The notes below the pieces were generated by a model, which was given only the letters and a program-made list of their open reading frames with translations, was not told the DNA's origin and ran no database searches. A DNA stretch of 64,000 bases from Acidimicrobiia bacterium (GTDB lineage: Bacteria > Actinomycetota > Acidimicrobiia > IMCC26256 > PALSA-610). The stretch lies in assembly GCA_038213435.1 (NCBI GenBank), contig JBBQTI010000009.1, forward strand, positions 15,709 through 79,708, written 5' to 3'. The position numbers and the translations under genes are program-made. This document shows, piece by piece, positions 10,192 through 20,411 of the stretch. The first letter of the stretch is position 1, and each line of letters opens with the position of its first letter.

Positions 10192-11160
10192 ATGGAGTAT
10201 CGACGGCTCGGCCGCACCGCGCTGCGCGTGAGCCCGATCTGCCTCGGAACGATGAACTTCGGACCGCTCACGAGCGAAGCCGACTCGTACGAGATCATGG
10301 ACCGAGCGCTCGAGCACGGCATCAACTTCTTCGACACCGCGAACCGCTACGGCGGTCCGAAGGGCCCAGGTGCGACGGAGGAGATCGTCGGCCGTTGGTT
10401 CGCCCAGGGCGGCGGACGGCGCGAGAAGGTGGTGCTCGCGACGAAAGTCTTCGGCCCGATGACCGAGTGGCCGAATGACGGAGGGCTCTCGGCGCGCCAC
10501 ATCCGCGCCGCGTGCGACGAAAGCCTCCGTCGGTTACAGACCGATCACATCGACCTGTACCAGATGCACCACATCGACCGCGCCGCGCCCTGGGACGAGG
10601 TCTGGCAGGCGATGGAAACGCTCGTGCAGCAGGGAAAGGTGGTGTACGTCGGCAGCAGCAACTTCGCCGGTTGGCACATCGCGCAGGCGAACGAAGCCGC
10701 GAGGTCGCGCCATTTCCTCGGACTCGTGAGCGAGCAGAGCCTCTACAACCTCGCATCGCGTACCATCGAGCTCGAAGTGCTTCCCGCGTGCCGCGTGTAC
10801 GGGCTCGGCGTCATCCCGTGGAGTCCGCTCGCCGGCGGCATGTTGGGCGGCACGGTCACCACCGGCGACACCGCGCGACGCAAGAGCGTGCAACCGCGCT
10901 ACGAACGCATCCGCCCGCAACTCGAGCGCTGGGAGAAATTCTGCGCCGAGCTCGGCGAGGAGCCGGCCGCGGTCGCGCTCGCGTGGCTGCTCCACCAAAA
11001 GGGCGTCACCGGACCCATCATCGGTCCACGCACGCTCGAGCAGCTCGAAGGAGCGTCTCTGCGCGCCGTCGACCTTGCGCTCGACGAGGCGACGCTGGCG
11101 ACGCTCGACGAGATCTTCCCCGGTCCGGGCGGCCGCGCGCCCGAGGCCTACGCCTGGTAG
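10192..11160 (+). CDS. Aldo/keto reductase
   Basis: LGRTALRVSPICLGTMNFG, FFDTANRYG, LATKV, SLRRLQTDHIDLYQMH, PWSPLAGG; AAGGAG RBS. Confidence 0.95.
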   Translation: MEYRRLGRTALRVSPICLGTMNFGPLTSEADSYEIMDRALEHGINFFDTANRYGGPKGPGATEEIVGRWFAQGGGRREKVVLATKVFGPMTEWPNDGGLSARHIRAACDESLRRLQTDHIDLYQMHHIDRAAPWDEVWQAMETLVQQGKVVYVGSSNFAGWHIAQANEAARSRHFLGLVSEQSLYNLASRTIELEVLPACRVYGLGVIPWSPLAGGMLGGTVTTGDTARRKSVQPRYERIRPQLERWEKFCAELGEEPAAVALAWLLHQKGVTGPIIGPRTLEQLEGASLRAVDLALDEATLATLDEIFPGPGGRAPEAYAW

Positions 11161-11182
11161 CAGCCGAGCAACGGAGCGACCC

Positions 11183-11836
11183 ATGGACGTCTACGAAGCG
11201 CTGTACACGACGCGCGCGATGCGTCGTTGCAAGGCCGATCCGATCCCGATCGACGCGCAACAGCGCATCCTCGACGCCGCGATTCGCGCGCCGAGCGGCG
11301 GCAACACGCAGAACTGGCGGTTCATGCTGGTCGACGACACCGACGTGAAGGCACGACTCGGGCCGATCTACCGCAGCTGCCTGGCGCAGCTGTGGGAAAC
11401 GATCTACAAGGACCGGCTGGAGGCCGCGCGAGCAGATCCCACTGATCCCGAGATGGCGCAGCTCTTGCGCATCCAACGCTCCGCGCAACATCTCGCCGAC
11501 CATTTCGAGGAGTACCCGCTGCTGTTGTTCAGCTTCGTGCAGTTCGATCCGACGGGTGGATCCATCTTTCCCGCAACCTGGTCGGCGATGCTCGCGGCGC
11601 GCGCGGAAGGGATCGGCTCGTCGCTCACGAGCGTCTTCATGTTCCAGATCGATGCAGTGCTCGACATCCTCGAGGTGCCCAAGCAGGCCGGCTGGCTCTT
11701 CTCGTCGTGTGTGACCTTCGGCTACCCGACCGGGCGATGGGCCGTCGCGCCGCGGCGACCGGTCGACGAGGTGTCGTATCGCAATCGCTGGGGCGATCCG
11801 CTCGGCTTCGAGGTGCAAGAGCCGCTCTGGCCTTGA
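11183..11836 (+). CDS. Nitroreductase family protein
   Basis: TTRAMRR...ILDAAIRAPSGGNTQNWRF...MLAARAEGIGS...FGYP. Confidence 0.9.
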   Translation: MDVYEALYTTRAMRRCKADPIPIDAQQRILDAAIRAPSGGNTQNWRFMLVDDTDVKARLGPIYRSCLAQLWETIYKDRLEAARADPTDPEMAQLLRIQRSAQHLADHFEEYPLLLFSFVQFDPTGGSIFPATWSAMLAARAEGIGSSLTSVFMFQIDAVLDILEVPKQAGWLFSSCVTFGYPTGRWAVAPRRPVDEVSYRNRWGDPLGFEVQEPLWP

Positions 11837-12014
11837 ACCGAAGGCAGTGCAGCATCGGCGACCGGTCGCACCCGTGGTGCTCGTAACCTTGTGATCCGTC
11901 GATTGGGAGTCATCATCCAGCAACCTCACAGCCCGCTCCCAAACGGGGCGAACAGAATCGGCGTCGGACGCGCCACCCCGGGCGCGAGATCACACGGACT
12001 CGAGGCATGAACCG

Positions 12015-13622
12015 ATGACGGAATCGGACGAGACCCGGAACGCCGACGACCGCGACCCGACCGAGCAGACGCCGGTCGAGCCACTCGAGCCCTGGCCGCA
12101 GTACAGCTGGCCCCCGACGGCCGAGGGTGGGGCGGAGGCAACACCGCCGGCGGAAGCCGTTCCCAGCCCCGAACCCGTCTGGGCTTCGTGGCCACCAACG
12201 CAACCACACCCGACCGAGGCACACCCGACCGAGGCGCACCCGACCGAGGCACACCCGACCGAGGCGCACCCGACCGAGGCGCACCCGACCGAGGCGCACC
12301 CGACCGGCGCAGCGGGCGATCCCGCCGCTCCCCTTCCCGACGCGGGGAGCGGCGGAGCCTGGGGTCCGCCGCCTCCCGCGTGGGGACCCGCCGGTCCGAG
12401 CGGTTGGTCTCCCGCTCCGCCGGCACCGCGAGCGGCGTCGAAACCCCGGCGCGGTCTCGCCGTCCTCGCAGCACTCGCGCTCGTGCTCGCATCCGCGGGG
12501 GTCGGAGCCGGTGTCGCGATCGCGGTGCACAACAACTCCAACACGCGAACCTTCGACGCAAGCGGCACGACCTCCGACAACTCGAACAACTTGCCGCCTG
12601 GCAACAGCGGCAACGGCGGCGGCAACCTCCCCGGCGGCGGCAACGGCGGGACGTCCCCACCCGGCACGGGCTCGCTCGACATGAGCGCGATCGAAGCCAA
12701 GGTCGATCCCGCGCTCGTCAACATCAACACGACGCTCGCGCAGGGTCGCGCCGCGGGCAGTGGCATGTTGATCTCGTCCACCGGTGAGATCCTCACCAAC
12801 AATCACGTCATCGCCGACGCAACGAGCATCAAGGTGGTCATCGGAGGCACGGGTCCGTCGCACGACGCCAAGGTGGTCGGGTACGACGTCACCGAGGACG
12901 TCGCGCTGTTGCAGATCGTCGACAAGGTCTCGAACCTGCCGACGGTGACGTTCGGTGAGCCGTCGAAGGTCCACATCGGTGATCCCGTCGTCGCGATCGG
13001 CAACGCGCTCGGACGAGGTGGGAAGCCGAGCGCGTCACAGGGTCAGGTGACGGCTCTCGATCAGCAAGTTACGGCAGGCGACGCAGGCGGTTCGCAGGAA
13101 ACCCTCGAAGGGATGATCCAGATCAACGCGCCCATCCAGCCCGGCGACTCCGGCGGCGCGCTGGTAGACCGCAACGCCAAGATCATCGGCATGAACACCG
13201 CGGCGGCCGGAGGCGGGCGCTTCAACGCCCAAATCGGGTCGAACATCGGATTCGCCATTCCCATCGACAACGCGGTGGGCATCGTGAGTCAGATTCGCTC
13301 CGGCACCGACACCGACAAGGTCCACATCGGCGACCGGGCGCTCCTGGGCGTGCAGGTGCAGAACGTCGACGGGCAGAATGCCGCGGTCAGCTCGGGTGCG
13401 CTCGTAGTCGGCGTGCAGGACAATACGGGTGCGAGCGCGGCGGGGATGCAGACCGGCGACGTCATCGTGTCGCTCGACGGCAAGCCGATCTCCAACTCCG
13501 CGGCGTTGCGCCTGGCCCTCGTCAAGTTCCACCCCGGCGAATCAGTCATCGTCGGGTGGGTCGACTCGACGGGCAAACGGCACGACGCGAGCGTCAAGCT
13601 GATCGTCGGTCCGCCGCTCTGA
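12015..13622 (+). CDS. HtrA/DegP-type membrane-anchored serine protease with a PDZ domain
   Basis: Pro-rich N-terminus, one TM helix, ILTNNHVI, DVALL, IQPGDSGGAL catalytic motifs, C-terminal PDZ. Confidence 0.95.
   Translation: MTESDETRNADDRDPTEQTPVEPLEPWPQYSWPPTAEGGAEATPPAEAVPSPEPVWASWPPTQPHPTEAHPTEAHPTEAHPTEAHPTEAHPTEAHPTGAAGDPAAPLPDAGSGGAWGPPPPAWGPAGPSGWSPAPPAPRAASKPRRGLAVLAALALVLASAGVGAGVAIAVHNNSNTRTFDASGTTSDNSNNLPPGNSGNGGGNLPGGGNGGTSPPGTGSLDMSAIEAKVDPALVNINTTLAQGRAAGSGMLISSTGEILTNNHVIADATSIKVVIGGTGPSHDAKVVGYDVTEDVALLQIVDKVSNLPTVTFGEPSKVHIGDPVVAIGNALGRGGKPSASQGQVTALDQQVTAGDAGGSQETLEGMIQINAPIQPGDSGGALVDRNAKIIGMNTAAAGGGRFNAQIGSNIGFAIPIDNAVGIVSQIRSGTDTDKVHIGDRALLGVQVQNVDGQNAAVSSGALVVGVQDNTGASAAGMQTGDVIVSLDGKPISNSAALRLALVKFHPGESVIVGWVDSTGKRHDASVKLIVGPPL
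12205..12305 (+). repeat. 15-bp coding tandem repeat encoding (HPTEA) x6 plus a partial copy
   Basis: CACCCGACCGAGGC(A/G) repeated within the HtrA N-terminal region. Confidence 0.95.
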
Positions 13623-13704
13623 GCATCCTCGAAACGCGCCGCAGCCACCGGAGGAGGGGGGCTCTCCGGTGGCTGCTGTGCGTCCGCAACCGCGCTCTTT
13701 GCCC

Positions 13705-14895
13705 TTAGGGCTTGGTCGTGGCGGAGGCTCCGTTACCCCCGCGCACGGTGGTGGCGGTCGTGGCGTCCTGATGCGCGGTCGGCGTCGTGGTCGTCGGCGC
13801 CGGGGCTGTCGGCCCGGCGGCGCAGCACTCGATGCGGAACAAGGCGCTGTGGGAATCAACGGATCGGTCCGCCCGCAATGAGCTGACGCGATACCCGTAC
13901 GCGGTGCCCGCCACGACCGACGGGTCGGTGAAGCTCAGCGCGTTCTCGGTCTCCAGGACCACACGCCCGTTTCCATCGCCGGTGCGAAACAGAACGTAGC
14001 GCGCGTGATCGGCACTGCGCGACGCGCTCCAGCTGCAGGCGATGCGCACCCGGTCGGCCGACAGCGCGCATCGGATCGACAGAAACTTCGCCTTGTTGCC
14101 GTCACCGACGCCGTTGTACACCGTGGTCGGAGTGGTGCCGTTTCCGTCACCGTTGGGCACCGTCGTCGTGGTGTTACCGATCCCATCACCCGTACCGGCA
14201 CCAGTTCCGGCACCTGTACCGGCACCAGTTCCGGTACCAGTGCCGCCGTTCGAACCGTTGCCGTCGTGCCCGATGGTCGTCGTCGTGTGGCCCGCGCCGA
14301 CACCGTCGTGCGCGCCGCCGGTCGTCGGAGTCACGACGGCGCCGTTGCCGTCGTGACTCCGCTCGCCCGGAGCAGTCGTCGTGGTGACCTCGACGACCGT
14401 CGTGGTAGTGGCCTCGCCTCCCGCGAGGCTTCCGCGAACCGGGCCGTGGTGGTGGTCCGGGTCGGGAAAGGAGAACGGTGTGACCTTGCCGATCGCCTCC
14501 GACACCGCGTGCTGGACCGGGCCGGGCAGGACGCCCGCCGCCGCCGCGCCCGTGACCGCGGCCGCCGCGACGCCGGCACCGAGCGCGAGCTTGCCCGCCA
14601 CCCCGAGACCCGCCAGGAATCCCCGGATCCTCGTCGGCAACGTCCTCCATGTCGCGACCGGGGATCGGGCGACTGGTGGTTGGAGAGTGGCGATGGCACC
14701 CGCGGCCATCGCAGCCGCGAGGACGGGAGAAGGCGTAGGAACCGCTCCCACCAGCGCCCGAAGATCCTCGATGAACGACGCCAGGCCGTGGCCGGCGTCG
14801 CCGCGTGCCGTACCCGCGAGCAGGGCATCGATGGCGTCATCGTCCAGGGGACCGGGTCGAGGCATCTCACTCCCGTCATCGCCGGAGGAGCTCAC
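13705..14895 (-). CDS. Membrane-anchored protein coupled to the ECF sigma factor (putative anti-sigma) with an FN3-like C-terminus
   Basis: GTGA overlap with the sigma gene; LDDDAIDALLAG N-terminus, TM helix, Gly/Thr linker, SWSAS...YVLFR...FTDPSV..GTAYGYRV FN3-like motif. Confidence 0.65.
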   Translation of the reverse strand: MSSSGDDGSEMPRPGPLDDDAIDALLAGTARGDAGHGLASFIEDLRALVGAVPTPSPVLAAAMAAGAIATLQPPVARSPVATWRTLPTRIRGFLAGLGVAGKLALGAGVAAAAVTGAAAAGVLPGPVQHAVSEAIGKVTPFSFPDPDHHHGPVRGSLAGGEATTTTVVEVTTTTAPGERSHDGNGAVVTPTTGGAHDGVGAGHTTTTIGHDGNGSNGGTGTGTGAGTGAGTGAGTGDGIGNTTTTVPNGDGNGTTPTTVYNGVGDGNKAKFLSIRCALSADRVRIACSWSASRSADHARYVLFRTGDGNGRVVLETENALSFTDPSVVAGTAYGYRVSSLRADRSVDSHSALFRIECCAAGPTAPAPTTTTPTAHQDATTATTVRGGNGASATTKP

Positions 14896-15488
14896 AGGGT
14901 TACTCCCTCGCGGTCGACGAGCCGCCGGAGCGCCTCGAAGGCGCGCCGTTGGAGTTGCTTCACCGCTCCCGGGCTCTTGTCGAGCGCCTCGGCCACCTGG
15001 TCGACGCTGAGATCACCGACGATGCGCAAGAGCACGACGTCGCGCTGGTCGGGGGCGAGGCGGGCGCACAGCGCAACGACCCGGGCCGATCCGATCGCCC
15101 GGAGCACCTCCTCCTCGGTGCCCCCGCCGCCCGGGTCGCCGACGTGCTCGGCGAGAGACTCGTCGAGCGTCTCGTTGTGGTTGAGCCGCCGGAACCGGCG
15201 GCGGCGCTCGTCCTGCAACCGGCGGTGGGCGATGACGAAGACCCACGAACGGAAGTTGGCCTCGGTCCCCGAAAACGAGCCGATATTCCGGAACATGGCG
15301 AGGAACACCTCGCTCGTCAGGTCTTCGACGTCGCCGGCACCCTGCACTCGGAGATATCCCGCGACCGCCGGCGCGAGCCAGCGGTAGCAACGATCCCAGG
15401 CCGACGGACGGCCCGCCTGCACCTCCGCGAGGAGTGCGTCGAAACCCTCGATTCCGGCGCGAGGCGGCCGCGAGCTGTCCGATCGCAC
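14892..15488 (-). CDS. ECF RNA polymerase sigma factor
   Basis: EDLTSEVFL...FRSWVFVIAHRRLQD region 2; LAPDQRDVVLLR...VAEAL...GAVKQLQRRA region 4. Start uncertain (ORF open to 15587). Confidence 0.92.
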   Translation of the reverse strand: MRSDSSRPPRAGIEGFDALLAEVQAGRPSAWDRCYRWLAPAVAGYLRVQGAGDVEDLTSEVFLAMFRNIGSFSGTEANFRSWVFVIAHRRLQDERRRRFRRLNHNETLDESLAEHVGDPGGGGTEEEVLRAIGSARVVALCARLAPDQRDVVLLRIVGDLSVDQVAEALDKSPGAVKQLQRRAFEALRRLVDREGVTL

Positions 15489-15565
15489 GGTGCGCGTATC
15501 GACCCGTTCGGGTCCACCCTGGAGCCGCGACGGGAGGACCCGCTCGCGTACGCGAACCTGTCGGG

Positions 15566-17665
15566 ATGCGACAGCCGCGAACGACACACGCCCGTCGCGG
15601 GCGCCTGACGCCGGGCGAGCTCGCGGAAGCGGTGGTTCTCGCCGACGTGTCGCTCGCGCTCACCGTCGTCGGTCAGGTCGTACCCCTCGGGAGCGCGCTG
15701 CTCGCGGCCGCCGTCGTTCCGCTCGCCGTCGTCGCGGCGCGTCACCGGCTGCGCGCGGTGATCACCGGCGCGATCGCGGCGTCGGCGGTCGGGTTCTTGG
15801 TCATCGGGACCGCGGCGCTCACCGCGATGGGCGCGTGTGCCGCGCTCGGCGCGCTCGTCGGCGCTGCCGACCGCCGCCGCTGGAGCCGCCGCCGCACGAT
15901 GTTCGTCGGGCTCGCGACCTTGTGGCCCGGCGCATCCGCGCTCGCACTCGTCGCGATGGTCGCGTTCGCGAACCTGCGCACGCTCACGCTCGCCCAGATC
16001 CGCAACGGCTGGCTCGGGTTCTTTCACCTGTTGCGCAACCTCGGGCTCGTGCGCGTCTCACGTCCGGGCGAGAACGTCGTGGCGTGGGTGGTGCGCGATT
16101 GGTGGCTGAGTGTCCCGCTCACGCTGTTCGTCCTCCTCTGGTTCGGGATCTGGCTCGCGCAGAGTCTCTCGACGCCCGCGTTGCGGCGCGTTCGAGGCGC
16201 CTTCGGCAACGCCGTCGTCGAACTGGGGAGCGCCGTCGTCGAGCCCGACGACCTCGCACAACCGGAACCGCTCCCGGTTGCACTGCGCGGCGTGCGCTAC
16301 CGCTATCCGAACGCCCGGAGCGACGCGCTCGTCGACGTCACCCTCGAGGTGCGCCCGGCCGAGCTCGTTGCAATCGTCGGCGCGAACGGATCCGGCAAAT
16401 CGACGCTCACGCGCGTCCTCGCGGGACGACGCGTGCCAACCGGCGGCGAGCTCGAACGGCCCGGCGGAGTAGGGCTCGGGCACCGCGGCGGGACCGCGAT
16501 CGTCTTCCAACGTCCGGAAGCGCAGGTGCTCGGTGTCCGCGTCCGCGATGACGTCGTGTGGGGTATGCCCGATCCCGAACAGGTCGACGTCGACGCGTTC
16601 CTCGATCGGGTCGGGCTGCGAGCCCTCGCGGACAAGGAGACGTCGACGTTGTCGGGCGGCGAGCTGCAGCGGCTCGCAATCGCCGCCGCACTCGCGCGCC
16701 GCCCCAAGCTCCTGATCTCCGACGAGTCGACGGCGATGGTCGACACGGAGGGTCGGACGAGACTCGTCGCGCTCTTGCGCGACCTCGCGCACACCGATGG
16801 TCTCGGTGTCGTCCACGTCACCCACCGTGCGGCAGAAGCCGCGGCGGCGGACAGGACGATCACACTCTCCGGCGGAAGGGTCATCACCGCGCCGCTGCGG
16901 CTGCGAGCGGACGAACCGGGGAAGCCGGCCGAACGCCGTGAGACCGAACGCCGTGAGACCGAACGACGGGCAACGACGTCGATCGGCGCGCCGCTCATCA
17001 CACTCGCCGGGGTCGGTCATGTCTATTCGCGCAAGACGCCGTGGGCGAACCGCGCCCTCGCGGGAATCGATCTCACGATTTGCACGGGTGAGGCGATCGT
17101 CGTCGTCGGGCACAACGGCTCGGGCAAATCAACGCTGGCATGGATCCTCGGGGGCCTCCTCGCGCCGAGCGAAGGAACGGCGAGCCTGGAGGGCCGTCCG
17201 ATCGTCGGGCAGGTCGGCCGAATCGGCCTGTCGTTCCAACATGCGCGCCTGCAGCTGCTCCGGCCCACGGTTCTCGACGAGGTCCGAACGGCCGGCGGCG
17301 TCGACGAAGCCGCGGCCGGCGCGGCACTGACGGCCGTCGGTCTCGACCCGCACCGATTCGCGGACAGGCGTGTCGACGAGCTGAGCGGGGGTCAGACGCG
17401 CCGGGTCGTCCTCGCCGGTGTCCTGGCCGCGCAGCCGCGGGCGATCGTGCTCGACGAGCCGTTCGCCGGGCTCGACGCGAGCGGTCGCGCCGACCTCGAC
17501 ACCTTGCTCTCCGGGCTGCGACAGAAGCGGGACATCGCACTCGTGATCGTCTCGCACGACCGCGACCTGCCCGACGGACTCGTCGATCGGCTCGTCGAGC
17601 TCGAAGCCGGCCGCATCTGCCGCGATGAACCGCTCGAGGACGCCATCCCCGAGGGCCGGCCGTGA
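15566..17665 (+). CDS. ECF transporter: membrane (S-like) domain fused to two ABC ATPase domains
   Basis: Hydrophobic N-terminal domain; GANGSGKST/LSGGELQR and GHNGSGKST/LSGGQTRR...LDEPFAGLD; coupled to an EcfT gene. Confidence 0.88.
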   Translation: MRQPRTTHARRGRLTPGELAEAVVLADVSLALTVVGQVVPLGSALLAAAVVPLAVVAARHRLRAVITGAIAASAVGFLVIGTAALTAMGACAALGALVGAADRRRWSRRRTMFVGLATLWPGASALALVAMVAFANLRTLTLAQIRNGWLGFFHLLRNLGLVRVSRPGENVVAWVVRDWWLSVPLTLFVLLWFGIWLAQSLSTPALRRVRGAFGNAVVELGSAVVEPDDLAQPEPLPVALRGVRYRYPNARSDALVDVTLEVRPAELVAIVGANGSGKSTLTRVLAGRRVPTGGELERPGGVGLGHRGGTAIVFQRPEAQVLGVRVRDDVVWGMPDPEQVDVDAFLDRVGLRALADKETSTLSGGELQRLAIAAALARRPKLLISDESTAMVDTEGRTRLVALLRDLAHTDGLGVVHVTHRAAEAAAADRTITLSGGRVITAPLRLRADEPGKPAERRETERRETERRATTSIGAPLITLAGVGHVYSRKTPWANRALAGIDLTICTGEAIVVVGHNGSGKSTLAWILGGLLAPSEGTASLEGRPIVGQVGRIGLSFQHARLQLLRPTVLDEVRTAGGVDEAAAGAALTAVGLDPHRFADRRVDELSGGQTRRVVLAGVLAAQPRAIVLDEPFAGLDASGRADLDTLLSGLRQKRDIALVIVSHDRDLPDGLVDRLVELEAGRICRDEPLEDAIPEGRP

Positions 17666-18516
17666 GCCGGCCCGACACTGTTGCTCCGCAACGGCCGGCG
17701 AAGTCTCGACGCGACACCGAGCTGACCTTCCTCCGCCTCGTCCCCGGCGATTCACCGATGCACCGGCTCTGGGCGGGAACGAAGCTGCTCGTCGCCACCG
17801 AGCTCGCGCTGATGGTGTCGATCTCGCCGACGTGGGCGATGCTCGCGCTCGTAGGGGGTGCCGTCGCGCTCGAGCTGCTCGCCGCGCGCATCCCACTCGG
17901 CGCGTTCCCGCGCCTGCCGAACTGGTTCTTCGGCGTCTTCGCCATCGCGGCGCTGCTCAGCATGTGGTCGCCGACGAAGCCGATCACCTACGTCGGTGGC
18001 ATCGCCCTCAGCATCGGTGGCCTCGAGGAATGGTTGCGCTTCACCGCGCTCGCGGTCGCGCTCGTGCTCTCGGGCGCGCTCATCGGCTGGACCACTCCCC
18101 TCGGCGAGATCGCGCCCGCGCTCGCGCGCCTCGGTCGTCCGTTGCGATGGCTGCGCCTTCCGGTCGACGAGTGGGTCATCGCGATCGCGCTGGCGATCCG
18201 GTGCCTCCCTCTTCTCATCGATGAGATACGCGTCCTCGGCGCCGCCCGGCGGCTGCGCGTGCACGATCGCGACACGAGCCGCGACCGCCCGCGCGCGATA
18301 GTACGCAACATGGTGATCGAGACCCACGATCTGCTGTCGACCGCAATCGTCGTGTCGATACGACGGGCGCGCGATCTTGCCGACGCCATCGAGGCACGGG
18401 GCGGGCTCGACGCGGGTGCCAACCTCCCCCTCGCCCGCATCCGCGTCACCGACGCTCTGGTGCTCCTCGCGACGACGACATTGTGCGTGGTGACCCTCGC
18501 GGTGGTACATCTCTGA
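17662..18516 (+). CDS. ECF transporter T component (EcfT/CbiQ)
   Basis: PGDSPMHRL..GTKL, AIRCLPLLIDE...AARRLR, RRARDLADAIEARG. Confidence 0.9.
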   Translation: MSRPDTVAPQRPAKSRRDTELTFLRLVPGDSPMHRLWAGTKLLVATELALMVSISPTWAMLALVGGAVALELLAARIPLGAFPRLPNWFFGVFAIAALLSMWSPTKPITYVGGIALSIGGLEEWLRFTALAVALVLSGALIGWTTPLGEIAPALARLGRPLRWLRLPVDEWVIAIALAIRCLPLLIDEIRVLGAARRLRVHDRDTSRDRPRAIVRNMVIETHDLLSTAIVVSIRRARDLADAIEARGGLDAGANLPLARIRVTDALVLLATTTLCVVTLAVVHL

Positions 18517-18517
18517 G

Positions 18518-19510
18518 ATGAAACACGTTCGTCTCGGCCGGACCGGTCTCCAAGTCTCCAGAATCTGCCTCGGCACGATGACCTTCGGCCTGCAGATCGA
18601 CGAAGCGTCGGCGCGCGAGGTCCTCGACAAGGCGGCCGACCACGGCGTGACCTTCCTCGACACCGCCGACGTGTACCCGCTCGGCGGCGACCTCTCCACG
18701 GTCGGGCGGACCGAGGAGATCGTCGGCCGATGGTTGCGCGGACGGCGCGGCGACTATGTCGTCGCGACGAAATGCTTCGGGCCGACGGGTCGAAATCGCT
18801 GGGACATGGGCAACAGCCGCCGGCACATCATGGACGCGATCGACGCGTCGCTGCGCCGGCTGCAGACCGACTTCATCGACCTCTACCAACTGCATTTCGA
18901 CGACCCGGGAGTGCCGCTCGACGAGACGCTCGGCGCGCTCGACGAGGTCGTGCGCGCCGGCAAGGTCCGCTACATCGGGTGCTCGAACTTCCTCGCGTAC
19001 CGGCTGGCGCGCGCGATCGGCCGGAGCGAGGTGCAGGGCTGGGCGCGCTTCGACTCCGTGCAGCCGCGCTACAACCTGTTGTTCCGCGAATTCGAGCGCG
19101 AGCTGTTCCCGCTCTGCCTCGACGAAGGCATCGCGGTGATCCCGTACAACCCGATCGCGGGCGGCATGCTTTCGGGCAAGCACGACCGGACCAAGGCGCC
19201 CGACGAGGGAACTCGCTTCGCGCTCGGCAACGCGGCCAAGACGTACCAAGACCGCTACTGGCACGACAACGTGTTCGATACGGTCGACGAGCTCGTCAAG
19301 ATCGCGAGCGACGCGGGCATTCCGTTGCCGACGCTCGCGGTCGCGTGGACACTGCGGCACCCGGCGATCACCGCGCCGATCGTCGGCGCGAGCCGGCCGG
19401 AACAACTGGACGCGACGATCGCCGCGGTCGACACCGAGCTCGATCCTGACCTCGTCGACCGGTTGAACGAGGTCACCGCCGCATACCGCCGCGGCGACGC
19501 GCCCCGTTGA
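18518..19510 (+). CDS. Aldo/keto reductase
   Basis: LGRTGLQVSRICLGTMTFG, FLDTADVY, VATK, SLRRLQTDFIDLYQLH. Confidence 0.95.
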   Translation: MKHVRLGRTGLQVSRICLGTMTFGLQIDEASAREVLDKAADHGVTFLDTADVYPLGGDLSTVGRTEEIVGRWLRGRRGDYVVATKCFGPTGRNRWDMGNSRRHIMDAIDASLRRLQTDFIDLYQLHFDDPGVPLDETLGALDEVVRAGKVRYIGCSNFLAYRLARAIGRSEVQGWARFDSVQPRYNLLFREFERELFPLCLDEGIAVIPYNPIAGGMLSGKHDRTKAPDEGTRFALGNAAKTYQDRYWHDNVFDTVDELVKIASDAGIPLPTLAVAWTLRHPAITAPIVGASRPEQLDATIAAVDTELDPDLVDRLNEVTAAYRRGDAPR

Positions 19511-19517
19511 CGAGCGG

Positions 19518-20411
19518 ATGCTGGAGATCGCTGAGGCCGTACCGCGCACGATCCGCACCTCGGACGGTCGGGTCACGGGCTATTACGAGTACGGCGACCC
19601 GCGCGGCACACCCGTGGTGGCACTGCACGGAACGCCCGCATGTGGCGCAGGTTTCGCGTGGGCGGATACGCGCGCCCGCACACGCGGGATCCGGCTGCTC
19701 GCGCCCGACCGACCCGGCATCGGCCACTCCGACCCGTGGGACCGCGGCCGCCGCCCGACCGTCGACAGGTATCCGCCCGTCCTGAGCGCGTTCGCCGACG
19801 CGCTCGGCGTCCGGAGGTTCTCGATCGTCGGCTACTCCGGCGGCGGGCCGTATGCACTCGCCGCCGCGCACGCATTTCCCGATCGAGTGCCCGGCGTGGC
19901 CGTCGTCTCGGGTGCGGGACACGTCGGCGTGTGGGCATCCGTCGACGACTTCGAGGCGACCGATCGGCGACTCACCCATCTCGCGAATCGCGCGCCCGCG
20001 CGGGCACGGGTGGTGCTGTCGTTGTCCGCCCGCTTCGCGCGCGTCGCGCCCCTCACCTCGCTGCGATTCGCACAGATCGAGATGGCGGCGGCCGACCGCG
20101 CGGTCATGGCCGGCTTCCCGTCGGCGCGCGCCGCGCTGGCGATGTTCACGGAGTCGTGCCGGCGCGGCGCGGCAGGGGTGGTCGACGACTACGACGCGCT
20201 CGGCCGGCCCTGGGGTTTCAGGGTCGAGGAGATCGCGGTGCCGGTGCGGTGCTGGCACGCGAGCACCGATCGCATCGTCCCGGTCCGCCACAGCGAGGAG
20301 CTCGTGCGGCGCATTCCCGGCGCGCAGCTCTCCCGCTGGGAAGCCGGAGGTCACCTCGCCATCGTCGATCACTTCGGCGAGGTTCTCGACGCGCTGACGG
20401 AGATCGGCTAA
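19518..20411 (+). CDS. Alpha/beta hydrolase
   Basis: LHGTP, PDRPGIGHS, GYSGGG nucleophile elbow, DRIVP, GGH. Confidence 0.92.
   Translation: MLEIAEAVPRTIRTSDGRVTGYYEYGDPRGTPVVALHGTPACGAGFAWADTRARTRGIRLLAPDRPGIGHSDPWDRGRRPTVDRYPPVLSAFADALGVRRFSIVGYSGGGPYALAAAHAFPDRVPGVAVVSGAGHVGVWASVDDFEATDRRLTHLANRAPARARVVLSLSARFARVAPLTSLRFAQIEMAAADRAVMAGFPSARAALAMFTESCRRGAAGVVDDYDALGRPWGFRVEEIAVPVRCWHASTDRIVPVRHSEELVRRIPGAQLSRWEAGGHLAIVDHFGEVLDALTEIG

Noticed and set aside
12205-12305. Tandem repeats (also 34228-34985 and 44903-44952) as CRISPR arrays
   Set aside because: There are no unique spacers, the repeats are in-frame coding units or simple duplications, and no cas genes are present.
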